From Chiloscyllium plagiosum (Eukaryota): a stretch of DNA of 64,000 bases. The stretch is taken from NCBI RefSeq assembly GCF_004010195.1, contig NC_057719.1:49251336-49315335 (forward strand), given 5' to 3'. Made by a program: the position numbers and the translations under genes. Positions 23,581 through 37,700 of this stretch are shown piece by piece. Positions within the stretch are counted from its first letter, which is position 1. Every line of letters starts with the position of its first letter. The notes beneath the pieces are model-generated. The model was not told the DNA's origin. It did not search any database and saw only the letters and a program-made list of their open reading frames with translations.

Positions 23581-24894
23581 TCTTGAATTATTTCTTAAAG
23601 TGGAAGTACAAGTTTTGAAACAAAATTTTATTTTCATCCGGTGAATATTTCTATGGAATCCTGATTTTGATAGCTGCATTTATAATGCAAAAATAGTGAG
23701 GTTTTCATCATTATCCATACTAATAACCTGTATTTTAAAGCTATATTAGCTTCCAGTAGCCACACTTAATACAAATCGACCCTATTCTGTGCAATTTATA
23801 AATCCCAAATGCCTACTGAAAAAAAAGTGGTCTCAGAATGTCCCTAAAGTTTCCTGCTAAGGTTTTGTATGTAGTTTGTAAATTTCCATTCTCATTGCAC
23901 TCCAAGGGAACTGGTCAATGGACCAGTGAACAATTTTAGTAGCTTAAGAAGTCATTTCCAATAATTAAGGTGGTTAAAATTAGTTTGTGTACCTTTGCAC
24001 GGATTAACACAGCTTAACACAATTATTTACCGCTATTACCTTTAAAATAAGAATGCCAGTTTAAAGCCGACCCAAGCATTAAAAAATTGCTCAGGTCATA
24101 TTAGCAGCAATTATACTGCTGGACTGAGACTTCACATTAACCCTCCAAGAGTATATGTGGTCTTTGGGATGAAAGCTTAACATTAGTGGAAGAGAACACT
24201 GGTTATCTTTAAGTACCTACGGGAATGCAATGACTTCACTAGGATTTGCCTGTAGGCTAACTGTGATAGCACATAACCTCTCTGTAGGTTTATTCCTTAA
24301 AGGGCAGCTGGTTAAAAACAGTATTTTCACAAAAAAAATTCTATCTGTGAGAAGCTTGAGTGATAAATTTAGGGATACGTGACTCTGAGCTCTTGATACA
24401 TTTCACATCCTGATTAAATACCAAGACTGCAGGCCTCGTTGCTTATTAGCATACCAAAGTGAGTGTTGCCAAGTGTGTTATGAAGATAGTCCGAAAATAT
24501 TTTGCCTTGAGTTTTACATTAGAAGAGTTAACTTGCTGAACTCATGTATGCCCTGATTTCAAGTGTATTTAATAGGCTGAACATTCACCCAAATTCCTTA
24601 AGTCTACAGTACCAATGAATTATTGTTTTGTTCATTTTGACAGCAGAAAGATTCATGGAATTTTGGCAATACTTCCTTAAGATGAACAGACAATGATCCT
24701 GCTTCTAAATCCTCAGGACAGTATTTTCAATTTCACATGAATTTAGCTGCTAAAATATGGAGAAGGACAAGAAAAGAACCATTTGTGAAATGCAAGATGA
24801 ACAGTTGACTCAAAACTCATTAATACATTTTCATGGAAAAAAAAGGAAAAAGTCACAAACATGTTAATATCATCAATAGTGCACGCAAAACCTT

Positions 24895-25530
24895 AAAGTG
24901 TAGGAACAGAAGTTGGCTATTTGGCCCATCAAGCTCACTCTGCCATTCAATGAGATCAATACTGATCTGATGAGCTTCGACTCCACATTCCTGCATTATC
25001 CCCATAACGCTCGATTCCCTTCCTGATTAAAAATCCATCTCAACCTTGAATAGATTTAATGATTCAGCCTCTGCAACCATCTGTGGAAAAGAATTCCACA
25101 GATTTACAACCCTCTGAGCAGGAACAAAATACTCCTCATCTCTGTCTTAAATGAATGATCCCTTACTCTGAGATTATGCCCTCTGGTCTTAGAATCTTGT
25201 ATGTTTCAGTATCTTGTATGATCTCCCCATTTTTCTAAATTCTAATAAGTTCAAGACCAACCTACTCAACCTTTCCTCACAACAAGATCCCTCTGGGTGA
25301 TCTTCTTATTTTTACACTCCATACCTTTTGAAATAAAGGCCAGTGTTCCATTTGCCTTCCCTATCACCTGCTGAAGTTGGATACTTTTTGTGATTCATAC
25401 ACAATGACTCCCAAATCCCTTTCTGACGCAGCTTTCTGCATTTCTTTTCCCCTCAATTAAATAAAATTCATTTCTTCCAATCTTCCAGCCAGATTTCATA
25501 ATCTCATAATCTTTCACATTATATCCGATA
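24895..25530 (-). mobile_element. CR1 LINE 3' fragment
   Basis: Reverse complement of the CR1 3' UTR and ORF2 end seen at 11846-12865. Confidence 0.8.
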
Positions 25531-25769
25531 TTGCCCAATTTTGATACTCCTCATGTTGAATAGTTGGTTTTATTGAATTAAATTTTTTCATTAAGAATTA
25601 TGATTTAAACATTAATTTAGACCTAGCACACTGGATAGAGGCTTTTGCTACCCATTCTTTGATGTAATTCACTGTTTATTGTTTTCTCTCTGATAGAAAA
25701 AACACAGAAAATGTGTGTAAGATGTCTGTATCTTGAACCTGAAATCTTACATGTGTCTCCAAAGTTATT

Positions 25770-26140
25770 TTTAATTCTTTCATGGGATGTGAACATTGCT
25801 GACAGCTTTTGTTCCCCATCCTTAATTAGCCTTGAAACAAATAGAGAAAACGCTGGAGAAACTCAGCAGGTCTGGCACCTTCTGTGGAAAGACAGAGTTT
25901 TCAGAATCTTCTTCAGAATTAATTGCCCTTGAACTCGATCATTTCAGAGGGCAGTGAAGAAGCAACCACATTCTAATGCATCTGAAGCTCACACACAGAG
26001 CTGGCCAAGTAAGAATAGCAGATCTCCTTCCCTAATGGATTTTACTGAACTTGATGGGCTTTTTGAATATTGATGGTTGTTTCATTGTCATTGTTATTAA
26101 AACTGGGGACAGAATTTTCACAGCATCAGAACAATCTGAG
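25770..26140 (-). mobile_element. SINE with L2-type tail, interrupted by a short Penelope terminus (~25836-25917)
   Basis: Reverse complement of the 9500-9843 SINE. The insert is flanked by ttaatt(ag/gc)ccttgaa repeats. Confidence 0.6.
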
Positions 26141-26879
26141 CATTGGTGAGAAAGTTGGAAAATACTGCGAGAAAGAAAAAAGAGATTTTTCATGTATGAG
26201 GGGAAATTGTCCGATTGGCTGCTTGAGGGTTTTACCGCTGGACGGGAATCTCGCCAATGAGTGGTGAGGAGCCAAATTGTATGCATCAACATCTTGGTTT
26301 TGCTTAATCTCACTTTATTTATATGCAGGTTTCTATTTTCCCAGACAGTGGAGAGACATTAGACAGTGAAGATTCCCAATGAGAATGTCAGAGTGATAAT
26401 CTGGCATCTGCACGTCCCTGGGCCTTCAACTTGGCTTGCATTTGCCAGTATCTCAGGGCAAGTTCCATGGGCACTCTCCACCTGTACCCATCAACCATGG
26501 AAGTCACTAGCCTCACTACATCATTATGGAACATCTCAGACTAACTTATAATGCAGTCCAGCACTTGAATTATGCACTTTGGTGTTCACTGACACCTAAT
26601 ATTTCAATGTTGCTACTAAGCCACTTTAGCCGTAAAGACAAGTATCCCATCTCATGGATCAGAATAGGTTGCATCCGAGGGGTCTTAGCTTGTTTTCTTT
26701 GAGCTCAGTCACTTTGGATACTAACAGCAATCCTGTTTTGCCCTGTCTTTCAGAGCAGATGGACAGCTAGGAAGCTCATCAGTCAAAGGGGTGGGTATGT
26801 TGCTATATGGAGTAGCATGCTATATCAATATCACACCTACAGCATGTACCAGAAACTTATGTGGAAAACATACTGTGTC

Positions 26880-27196
26880 AATTAGATTACTTACAGTGTG
26901 GAAACAGGCCCTTCGGCCCAACAAGTCCACACTGACCCGCTGAAGCGCAACCCACCCAGACCCATTCCCCTACATTTACCCCTGCACCTAACACTACGGG
27001 CAATTTAGCATGGCCAATTCACCTAACCTGCACATTTTTGAACTGTGGGAGGAAACCGGAGCACCCGGAGGAAACCCAATCAGACACGGAGAGAATTTGC
27101 AAACTCCACACAGTCAGTCGCCTGAGGCAGGAACTGAACCCAGATCTCTGGCGCTGTGAGGCAGCAGTGCTAACCACTGTGCCACCGTGCTGTCCA
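26880..27196 (-). mobile_element. HE1-type V-SINE, full length
   Basis: Near-identical to 18923-19236. Confidence 0.93.
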
Positions 27197-27289
27197 TAAT
27201 TAAATGGCTGAGTCTGAAATCATAAGGGGAGTAGTCTTTATTCCAGTCAAGGGGACTTTATTCAGTCAGGGGAAAGTCCACAGCCAAGA

Positions 27290-27455
27290 AAGGTGTGATC
27301 ATGTCCCTCATGATTTTATAAACTACTATAAAGTCATCCTCGGCCTCTGACTCTCCAGGTTAAATAGCCCTAGCCTATTCAGCCTCTCCCTCTAGCTCAA
27401 AACCTCCAGTCCTGGCAAAATCTCTGTAAATCTTTTCTGAACCCTTTCAAGTTTG
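27290..27455 (-). mobile_element. CR1 LINE fragment
   Basis: catgtccctcatgattttataaac...agccctagcctattcagcctctc, homologous to 4020-4130. Confidence 0.75.
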
Positions 27456-29486
27456 CACTGTTGTTATTATATTTCTGAGCAAATTGCAGGGGGGAGGGGA
27501 AACAACTTACAAAACCAACAAATTTGGGGCTTTTGGTCTCTCTTTAAATTCAAAATGTTTGCTTGTGTTTCCTAAATGTATATTCCCATGCCAATAAACA
27601 CAGCAAAACATACAATCTGTTAAATTATTAAGCAAAATGCTCATGCAATGTAATTGTTTGCCTGTTTTTCTTGGTGCATTTTTGCTAATGGATATATTAA
27701 GGGAAATGATCAAGGGCATATCAGGATAGACAGTAAGCTAGCAGAAAACACTTAATCATGATCTGGGAGCATTGCCAAACATGCTCCTATGCTTTCTGTA
27801 TCAGCCTATCAGACAGAAAGCAGCACTCCAGCCTTGGTCCTGTGAAGACAGGATAAAGGCAGCATAAGCTGCTCCAACCGTGCACATCTTCAGCTGGCAC
27901 AAACTGTTCTTCCATACGTGCTCCAGATGCAGCATTACATTTGGAAATATGCTTTTTTTAAAATCTGAGGAGGCTATACGGACAAAGAAGTTTGCATTTC
28001 TTTACAATTTGGTCCATGTGCATAATCCATGGAGACTGAATCCTCATCACTCATATATGCTGGGCTGCCTCCAGTTATCTATCAAAGCAAAAATATCCCT
28101 GTGATCTTTAAAGGCAAATCAAGCATTACAAATAGAGGAAATACATGCTTTAAGTTGTATTTGATGTACCTGGGTAACATTTTTGTTCCTGATGTATCTT
28201 GTTAGTTTATGAATGTAAACAGAACTAAAGTAATCTATAGTTTTTAGTGCTAATAGTCATGAACATGTCTTTTGAGTTTTAATCTTCCCACTGTGTCCAA
28301 TCTAATGTTCTTTTGTGTAGTGCCAGATATTAAATTAATCACATTACTTGTAATAAGCATGCACATATTAACTGCAATATTAATATGACGATAGTGATCA
28401 TACTAAAGATCTTTCTCATCCTACAATTTTGACATACTCTGAAAGCCATGACATTCAAAAGAGCTTATTTAATAACAATCATAAAATATGGGATTATGCA
28501 GCTCTGAAAAATGCTGAAGAAAAAAAAATGGACTCGACAAGCAACAATATTGATGCTAACTTTACTACAGAAAGCTCAACTCTTCAAAGCAAATGTTTGA
28601 TTGCAGTGCAATTAGATTTCTCTAATAAATGCTGGGAAATCTATGCCCATCTCATTCTAACCTATACTTGACTCAAAGTATAATTGCCTGGTAAATTTCG
28701 TACCATGGCTCTGATTAGTCAGATTCTGTTTCTAGTTTATACTTATAATTATTCAACCTTCTGATTGTGGGAAGATTGATTTAATTATATGCATATTTAG
28801 CCAGATCTATATTCCAAACCTATGCTCAACACGATGGCTCACTGATCACTGACTGACAGAACTGAGAAAGTAGTATATACATCCTCAGTAATTTCAGAGC
28901 AGCTCAGTTGAGTCAGAAAGAAACATGCACTCAAAGGTAAGAATGGATCTTGGAATGGGGTTATTCAGCCCTTTGTGCCTGAGTCAACTCTCCAATGATT
29001 TATCCCATTTACCTTCTCTTTCCTTGTAGCTTTTATTTTCTTTTCAAATATTATTCATTTGCTGTTTAAAAAGCTGTTATGAATTTTGTTCCACGTGTTA
29101 TTTGTGATGCAGTAGCTCATTATTATATTTAAAAACAATGCTTCTGGTCGGTCCTCATTCTTTGGTAGTGATCCTAACTTTTCTACTTTATCAGTTCACT
29201 AATGATTTCTCAAGTTTACTTTATCAAAGGTTCTCATGATTTTGAACACATACAATCAATCTTTTCACAACCATTTTTTTCCCAATCCCCATTTTAACAT
29301 CTCTACTCATAACTAATGCCTGTTTTATGATATATTCTTAATGATTCTGTTTTGTGCTGAGAAACCACAGGTTTACCCATCATCCAACTCCTGGCTCCTT
29401 TTCTTGACAAATGGCTGCATCCCCAGCAATGATAATCGTTCTGACTGGCCAACAGCTCTTGGAGGCAAAACATCTAGCGAACTAAT

Positions 29487-29769
29487 GCAAAGCAAAAAAC
29501 TGTGGGTGCTTGAGATATGAGAAAAACCCAGAAATTGCTGGCAAAACTCAGCAAGTCTGACAGCATCTGTGGGAAAAAAGCAGAGTTTAACATTTTGAGG
29601 TGCGTGACTCTTCACCAGAATGATTAGCAACTGGGAAAAAGTGGTACTTTCTATAGTTGCAAATGGTTCTGATGAAAAGTCACTGGACTAGAAACGTTAA
29701 ACTCTGTTTTCTTCCCACTGATGCTGCCAGACCTGCTGAGTTTTGCCAGCAATTTCTGATTTTCTTTCC
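29487..29769. mobile_element. Fold-back Penelope element (family 3) with ~11-bp TSD and hammerhead core
   Basis: Inverted arms. gtt-CTGATGA-aa-AGTC-actg-GACT-a-GAAACGTT-aa at 29666-29700. agc(g/a)aactaat at 29476-29486 and 29770-29780. Confidence 0.8.
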
Positions 29770-30865
29770 AGCAAACTAATATGCTGGGAGTGTTTGATGA
29801 ATATGGGGCACCTTTTTAGGGATAGGGATAGTGCCTTATGACAAAGTTCCAATAGCACAACAGAAAACCTGCCTTTTATACAGTCTAAACATTGATTTTT
29901 ATGGCTGCACCATAACCTTTAGTCCCTTGTATTTTAGTATTCCACTGCAGACTTTACCTGCTTCTGGAAAGTATTCTGATCTATCCATTTTAAGCTGAAA
30001 GTGGATGATATAAAACTTGGCCGGCAGTGAAATCCTTCTTTGCCACAATTTTACCCATTTACAATCTGTTAATTTCTCCTTGTTATTCTATGCTTCAATT
30101 GACATTGCTTATAATGTTGCCTTTCTTTGTAAGATTAGGAAACCTAGATATGTGTTTCTCTATCCCATCATGCTAGTTGTTAAATGTGCGTAGTTGAGTC
30201 CCCAGTACAAATTCCCTCAGTAGGCGAAATGTCACAACCTGATAATTAGACTACTTTTCTCATTTGTCAGTGAGTTGTTTTATAAAAGATAGGAAATGTT
30301 GCAAGTTATCCAACAGTCTTTCGTGATTTATGATTGACTGTATGACATGGAAAACAGTACCTGTTGTGTAACCAGTCATAATGCATGAGAATTATGCCAT
30401 GGACTACAATGAGTTTAATTGTTAACCTACGATTTGGTTTGATTTTATCCATTTATTTTATCTATTAACATGTACTGTATAATCTAGGCTTTGTTGCTTC
30501 TCTAAAGACCATTACCACGCCCTCTACATTTGCTCTATTATATCTTTGATTTAAATCTCCCACACCTTTAACCTTCCCCTGACCTTACCAGCTAATCCAC
30601 TTGCATCAACAGCAGAAAACGCATCACGTTTTCACTTCTCAGTTCCAAATGAAAGTCATATTAGACTGAAAATGTAAATTCTGTTTCTGATGCTTTAATG
30701 TTGAGTTTCTCCAGCACCTTCTGTTTATATCTTATTACTTTCGTTAAAAGAAGAATTTGAATCAGTTGGTAGAAAGTGTTTGGATCCTTTACCCTCACAA
30801 ATGATATGGACTCAAATTTAGGAAAGGTACAATCTTAATATTTTGTGGTCAAAACAAATAAGATT

Positions 30866-31490
30866 AGAGACAAAAACTGCAGATACTGGAATCCAAAATA
30901 GACATGCAGGAGGCTGGAAGAACACAGCAAACCAGGCAGCATCAGGAAGTAGAGAAGTTGTCATTTCTGGTGAAATTCTTCTTCAGGATGGTAAAGGGAT
31001 GTGGGATGAATCTGGTTGGTGACAGCGAGGAATAGGAGGGAAGGGCTGGGCTGGGAAGGGAGTCGGGGGATGGGAAAGGACGTTATTTGAAATTAGAGAA
31101 CTCAATGCTGAGTCCTCCAGGCTGTTGGCTGCCCAGACAGAAGATGAAGTGTTGTTCCTCCAGTTTGCAGTTTGGTTCAGTATGGCAATGGCGGTGGCCA
31201 AGGATGGTCATGTTGGGATGGGAGTGGGAAGGGGAATTAAAATGGGCAGTGACTGGGAGGTCCTGTCAGTCCCTGCTGGCCTGGCTGTGATGTGCAGTGA
31301 GCCGTTTCCTAAGTTTACGTTTGATCACCCCGATGTAGAGAAGACCACATCGGAAGCTCCTGATGCAGTAAACCAGGTTGGAGAAGAGGCAAGTGAACCT
31401 CTGTCTCACCTGGAATGGCTGTTTGGGGCCCTGGAATGGTGGTGAGGGAGGGGTGGTGTACCAGCAAATAAGGTTTTACAGTGAAGAGGA
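30866..31490 (-). mobile_element. Penelope GIY-YIG fragment and terminus
   Basis: Minus strand VYCIRSFRCGLLYIG...AHFNSPSHS...KLEEQHFIFCLGSQQPGGLSIEF. Confidence 0.88.
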
Positions 31491-31509
31491 AGTACATCAG
31501 GAGGCCACA

Positions 31510-32390
31510 GTAGTTTGAACAAAAGATTAACTGAAATGTAAATTTAATATGAAAAATGAAGTGATTTACCTTGGGAAGAAGACTAAGTTTTATATGAACA
31601 GAGAAGCAAATATGTAGTTTTGAGATTTGCCAAGCCTCCCGCCTGTTGCTAATTTCTTCTGACCATCAAACATTTGGACAAGCGATGCCCAAAAATGGTC
31701 TTCAGTTCACCATTTAAATGTCTCAATGCGGTAAGTCCTTGCTCTCTTCCTGCTAAGTCATGGGCAGCTCAGGGACTAAGGTTTCAGTGGCAAAAAAAGA
31801 CACTCAAAGAATTTTACTGGAGCTCCTACCAAAAACACAATCCACTCCCCTCTCTCCACACACACCCAATTAGCTTCCACAAAATTCTGCCCGTGTGGTA
31901 ATGAAAAGCAATGGGTATCAAATCTTGGGAAAGTTATATTGTCCCTGGAGGGAATTCGGCATATACATACCAGGATGATACCTGGACTCCAAAGGTTATG
32001 AGGAGAGATTACACAAACTTCAATTATATTTTCTAGAATTTAGAATGTTAATGGGTTGGATGATTAAAGTTTAAGATATTAAGGGAAACAGATAGTTGTT
32101 CCACATCCATCCTACTTCCACTGGTTGGAGAATCTAGAACTAAAGGACAACACAGAGAAGTATAGAGTTTCAGGAGGGGAATTGGGAAACATTATGTCAC
32201 ACAATGGTGGAAGACATATGTAGCACACTATGAAAACAGCAGTTAATGCTCAAAAAAATTTTAAATCTGAGATTGATGGATTTTTTTGTTAACAAAAGGT
32301 GTTAAAGGATATGGGGGAAGGTAAGTGTGTGCATTTAGGTCACAGACCAGCCATAATCTCATTGAATAGCGAAACAGGCTTGAGTGGGTG
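31510..32390 (+). mobile_element. Old CR1 LINE fragments, interrupted by unrelated sequence
   Basis: FNMK..EVIYLG near 31540. YEERLHKL, FRMLMG and ESRTKG near 32000-32150. CR1 3' UTR ccagccataatctcattgaat. Confidence 0.65.
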
Positions 32391-33039
32391 TCTGGTTTTA
32401 ATTGCAAAAAATGTTTCAAAATATTTTGACCTGATGAGGTGCAAATAACTGGAAATGGTTTGTGGTCTTGATTTTTTTTTAGTTATGTTATAAATTGTAA
32501 ATTAATAAATACAATTAGAAGCTAGTCTTGTCCTCTGTATACATATGGCAGCAACACTTACTGAAGCAGCTGTGCATATAAAAGACAAAGATTCTGGATT
32601 GAAAGCACTGATGCATTATAAATATGATGAAATTGTTTCTGGTAATATTTGAGCAGGTGGCTAGGATTAGTATTACTGTAAACACAAATTTGTTGATGTT
32701 CACCATTCTGCATTACTGTGACAGATATCAGTCATGTTAACAGTTCATTTTTACCAAACATTTGTTAAGAATTGCTTTCCTGATTCTCAGATTTTGTTTC
32801 GTTTAAACAGGCAAGTCTGATTGCTGAATAGATATTTTTAGTTTCACTCATGTTGTTACACACATTAGCCATAATAATGAATCGTGTAAAGGTTAACATA
32901 GCATCAAACTAACATTTAAAGCAACATAAGGAATTTTGTAAAATATCTACTGATATATAAAAGTTGATACATCATAGTTAATGGGAATTGTGTTTCCTTC
33001 TTTGCTATTGTTGATCTTTTGAGACTTTTATGATCATCT

Positions 33040-33435
33040 TACCCATGTGGATGAAGAGTTCTGGTGGATATGTAGGTGAATGCTAAGGCCGATTTGGGTC
33101 TGGGATGTCCTGCTGCTATTAGGACAATAAGCCATAGATGATTGAGTTTTGGACAAGCTGTTGGCTCAGGATTCACTTTCCTAATGGATTCACTTTGTCT
33201 CTGATATGGGCTTGTTTTTGCAAGAGGCACATAATTTTTTTATTGAATTTGTGCCAGATACTGCAATACTGGGTAAATTTCTTCCAGGATATGAGCTGAC
33301 AGCAAAATTCCTAAGAAAAGCCTTCAGAATGTCCTTGTTGCACTTTCTTGGGTTGCCGTAAGAATTTATCTCAGTCCCAAGCTCTACATAGATGATACAC
33401 TTTGTTAAACGAGTGTCAGGCATTCTGGCTACATT
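33040..33435 (-). mobile_element. RTE-clade LINE C-terminus
   Basis: NVARMPDTRLTKCIIYVELG...GNPRKCNKDILKAFL matches the RTE GHVxRMPDxRLPK...KRxKDxLK motif. Confidence 0.85.
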
Positions 33436-36025
33436 TCTTTTCCCTTCACACATGGGAAGTGGGCATCACTGGCGGAATCAGCATTTATTGCTTATCACTA
33501 CTGTCCTTGACAAGGTGGGGTAGAGCTGTTTTCTTGAATCACTGCCCTTAGCCCATAGGGACCCAGTGACAGTGAAAGAATGGTGATATATTTCCAAGTC
33601 AGAATGGTGGGTGGCTTGGAGGTGCTGGTGTTTCCATTTGTCTGCTGCTCTTGTCCTCGATGGAAGTAGTCACAAGTTTGGAAGGATCTTTGGTGAATTT
33701 CTACAGTGCATTTTGAAGATAGTACACATTGCTCCTACTGAGTGTAGATGGTGAAGGGAATGGATGTTTGTGAATATGGTGCTATCTAAACAAGTTGCTT
33801 TGTCCTGGATGGTGGCAAGTTTCTTGAGTATTGTTGGAGCTGCACCCATCCAGGCAAGTGCGCAGTATTCCATCACACTCCTGACTTGTGCCTTGTAGAT
33901 GGTGGACAGGCTTTGGGGAGTCAGAAAGAAAGTTACTCGCTGCAGTATTCCTAGCCTCTGACCTGCTCTTGTAACCATTGTATTTAAGTGATGCATCCAA
34001 TTGCGTTTCTGGTCAATGGTAACCCCCATGATGTTGTTAGTGGGGGATTCAGTGATGATAACACCATTGAATATGAAAGTGCAGTGGTTGGATTGTCTCT
34101 TATTAAAGGTGGTTATTGCCTGGCATTTGTGTGGTGTGAATGTTACTTCCAACTTGTCAGCCCAAGCCTGGATATTGTGTAGATTTGTTGCTTTTGACCA
34201 TGGACTGCTTCAGTATCTGGGGAGTCACTAATGGTGCTGAACACTGTGAAATCATTGGCAAATATCCTCACTTCTGACCTTATAATGAAGCAGCTGAAGA
34301 CAGTTGGGCCTAGAACATTAGGAACTGCTGCAGAGATGTCCTGGAGCTGAGATGATTGACCTCCAAAAACTACAACCATCTTCCTATGGACCAAGCATGA
34401 CTCAAAACAGGAAAGAGATTCCCCACTGATTTCCACTGATTCCAGTTTTGCTTGGGATTCTTGATGCCAAATTCTGTTGAATACGGCCTTGATGTCAAGG
34501 TCTGTCACTCTCATCTCTGGAATTGAGCTGTTTTGTCTATGTTTGAACCAAGGCTGTAACGAGGTCATGAGCTGAGTGGCCCTGGTGGAACCCAAACTGG
34601 GTGACACTGAGCAGGTACTGCTTGGTAGATTTTTGAGGAAAATTCCATTACTTTACTGATAATTGACAGTAGATTGATGGGGCAGCCATTTGTCCTATTT
34701 TTTATGTATTGGACATACCTGTGCAATTTTCCACATTGTCAGGTAGATGCCAGTGTTGTAATTGTACTGTAAGAGCTTGGTTAGGGGAATGGCAAGTTCT
34801 GGAGCACAATGCTTCAGCACTGTTGCTGGAATATTGTCAGAGCCCATCGTCTACACACTATTCAGTGCCTCCAACTGTTTCTTGACATCATGTGGACTGA
34901 ATTGAATTGGCTGAACCCTGACATCTACGAAGCTGAAGACCACTGGAGGAGGCTGAAATGGATTATCCACTTGGCACTTCCGGCTGAAGATTTTTGCAAA
35001 TACTTCACCCTTATTTTTTGCACTGATGTGTTGGGCTGTTCCATCATTGAGGATGGGGATATTTGGAGAGCCTCCTTCTCTAGTGACTTGTTTAATTGTC
35101 CACCACCATTCATGATTCCATGTGGCAAGACTGTAGAGCTTAGATCTGATTTGTCAGTTGTGGGATCACTTAGCTCTGTGTATCACTTGTTGCTTCTGCT
35201 GTTTGGAACACAAGTAGTCCTGATTGGTAGCTTCACCAGGTTTTTTTTAGATTAGATTACTTACAGTGTGGAAACAGGCCCTTCGGCCCAACAAGTCCAC
35301 ACCGACCCGCCAAAGTGCAACCCACCCATACCCCTACATTTACCCCTTACCTAACACTACCGGCAATTTAGCATAGCCAATTCACCTGACCTGCACATCT
35401 TTGGACTGTGGGAGGAAACCGGAGCACCCGGAGGAAACCCACGCAGACACGGGGAGAATGTGCAAACTCCACACAGTCAGTCACCTGAGGCGGGAATTGA
35501 ACCCGCGTCTCTGGCGCTGTGAGGCAGCAGTGCTAACCACTGTGCCACCGTGACGCCTCATTTTTAGGTATGCCTGATGCTGGTCAGGGAATGCCCTCCT
35601 GCACTCTCCAGTGAATCAGGGTCAGTCTCCTGGCTTGATGATATTGGTTGAGTAGGGGGGTGTGCTATGCCACGGGGTTGCAGTTGTACTGGAGTATAAT
35701 TCTGCTGCTGTTGATGGCTCACAGGGCATCATACATGCCCAGGCTTGAGTTGCTAGATCTGTTTAAAGTCTGTTCCATTTAGCACAGTGACAGTGCTACA
35801 CAACGCAATGGATGGTATTCTCAATGTGAAAGTGAGAGTTCATCTCCACAAGGACTATGCAGTGGTCACTCAACAATGGTTCCATGGTATTCAGTAGATT
35901 CTTAATTCCAGATATTTTTATTAAATTCAAATTCCACCGTTAGCTATGACGAGTTTCAAACTCAGATCCCCAGAACATTAGCTGAGTTTCTGGATTAATA
36001 GTTGAACGATAATGCCACTAGGCCT
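33436..36025 (-). mobile_element. L2/Crack-like LINE (~2.4 kb of ORF2 plus 3' UTR) with a SINE tRNA head fused at its 5' end
   Basis: ORFs 33670..34152 and 34143..34607: DLDIKAVFNRIWHQ, LGPTVFSCFI, IYKAQVRSVMEY. SDH motif at ~35865. 35872-36025 is the reverse complement of the 9500 SINE head. Confidence 0.88.
35246..35551 (-). mobile_element. HE1-type V-SINE nested in the LINE
   Basis: Full HE1 sequence, near-identical to the other copies. Confidence 0.93.
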
Positions 36026-36044
36026 CCCACTGGTGGACAGAGTT

Positions 36045-37700
36045 TATAATCTAGTTCAGTTGTGACTAGTTCAGTATGGTGGGGATGCTGGTCAGCTTGG
36101 TGAATATCTCCTTATTTGGTATTCCCTTCCTGTCTTCAGAAGGTTTGAAGGCAGTTTAATTGCATATGGTTGAACTCCTTGACACTATGGACATAAAGCT
36201 GGCATATGGTCGAACGTTGACATGGGCAAATCAAAGTGCACAGGGTTATTTCTCTTGAGACTTTAAGTTTGATAGGTAGACTTGCTCCACTTCATTCCCA
36301 GATGGATGTTCTAGCTCTGCAAAGGCTGCTCTTGGCTTTAACAATTCTTGTATGTCTGCTGCCATCAACATAGCCAATTTGTAAGTGTGCTAATGAAATA
36401 AGTAAACTTACCCATTGCTGACATAGACTGAAACCATATGGTCAGCATGGGCTTTTGTGGACCAAGCTGGTACATTAATTCAGTTTGCTTTGTGCTGATC
36501 ACAATGTTGAAGTTGTCGTGTACATTAAGATCAAGTCTAGGCAATATCCAACTCTAAATCAGCAGCTAGTGTATACACACGTTGACAAAGAGGAAATTGT
36601 GAAGCAGAATCTTGCAGACTTTGATCTTTGTCTGGAGTTATATCAGATAAAGAAGCTTCTGGTCTGTCTGATTTCAATGCCTGGATCACCACGTCAAATG
36701 CCTAGCAGAGAAAAAACCTGCTGAAGAGGGTTGGTGCTAGCATGTAGCCCTGTGTAACTCCATTAGTGACCAGGAATGGGTTAGAAGTCTAATTATTATC
36801 CAGGATAGATGCAAGTATCTTGCTATGGAACTGTAAAACCACTGTGTTGAATCTCTCAGGGCAAACACATCTCTCCATTATCATCCAAAGAATCTCACAA
36901 CCGGTTGTGTAAAAGGTCTTGGTCAGGTGGTGTAGCAGTCTGTGTTCTATGTTGACAGCTCTCCTGGAGCTGGTTAACTGTCAACACTACATCAGTGGTT
37001 CCTGAACCTTTTCTGGAATGACACTGACTCTGACTCAGCAACAAATCCCGTTTAAGAAGATATTGCGCTAAGTGATTCAGAAAAATACTGGCAAGGATTT
37101 TGCAAGCGATGGAAAGGAATAGTTTTCCTCTGGCTGTTACAGGATTGGTGAGTTCCTTTTTGCTTGCATGGATGGATATTGAAAGCATCTTTGTATTCTT
37201 GTAAGATGGTTCCTTGCTTCCACACAAACTGGAAGAGTTTAGTAAGTTTCTTACCAGAACCATATTTTCAGCCATCTGAACCTCAGCATCAATAGTATCA
37301 GGCCTGGAGGTTTGTTGCTGGACAGTAGTTGATTGCACTTGCTGCTGTCAACAGTGTGGAAATGCCATTAAGAATTCAGGTTGGTAATAACACCCACCCT
37401 TTGGTAGTTGGTCAATTGATTTTCATTGATGGATGAAAACCAAATGACGTTACAGTTGAAGTGCTGTGCTCTCTTTCTTTATAAATTGGGCATTTTCTGT
37501 GAGTAGTGTTGACTGGTTAGCACTGAGGATTGGTAATGACTGGGTCATTGACTGGTTGACTGGTAACCTGTTGACTGTGTCTGTAAACTGATTTCAGAGC
37601 ATTGTAGAATTTCTTCCAATCTTTGTGGTTTTTGTATGAGTGAGGTTTGTCATTTTCCTGATGCAGCCAAATGTCTTGAACTTGTATTTGACAATGCTAT
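36045..37700 (-). mobile_element. RTE-clade LINE reverse transcriptase region (continuation of 33040-33435)
   Basis: RGKLFLSIACKILASIFLNHL...SQCHSRKGSGTTDVVLTVNQLQESC matches RTE RT. IPNKEIF...SQL at ~36060-36125 leads into NVARM at ~33435. Confidence 0.85.

Noticed and set aside
28860..28940. Possible exon ending AAG|GTAAGA
   Set aside because: Weak acceptors, stops in most frames, and no recognisable peptide.
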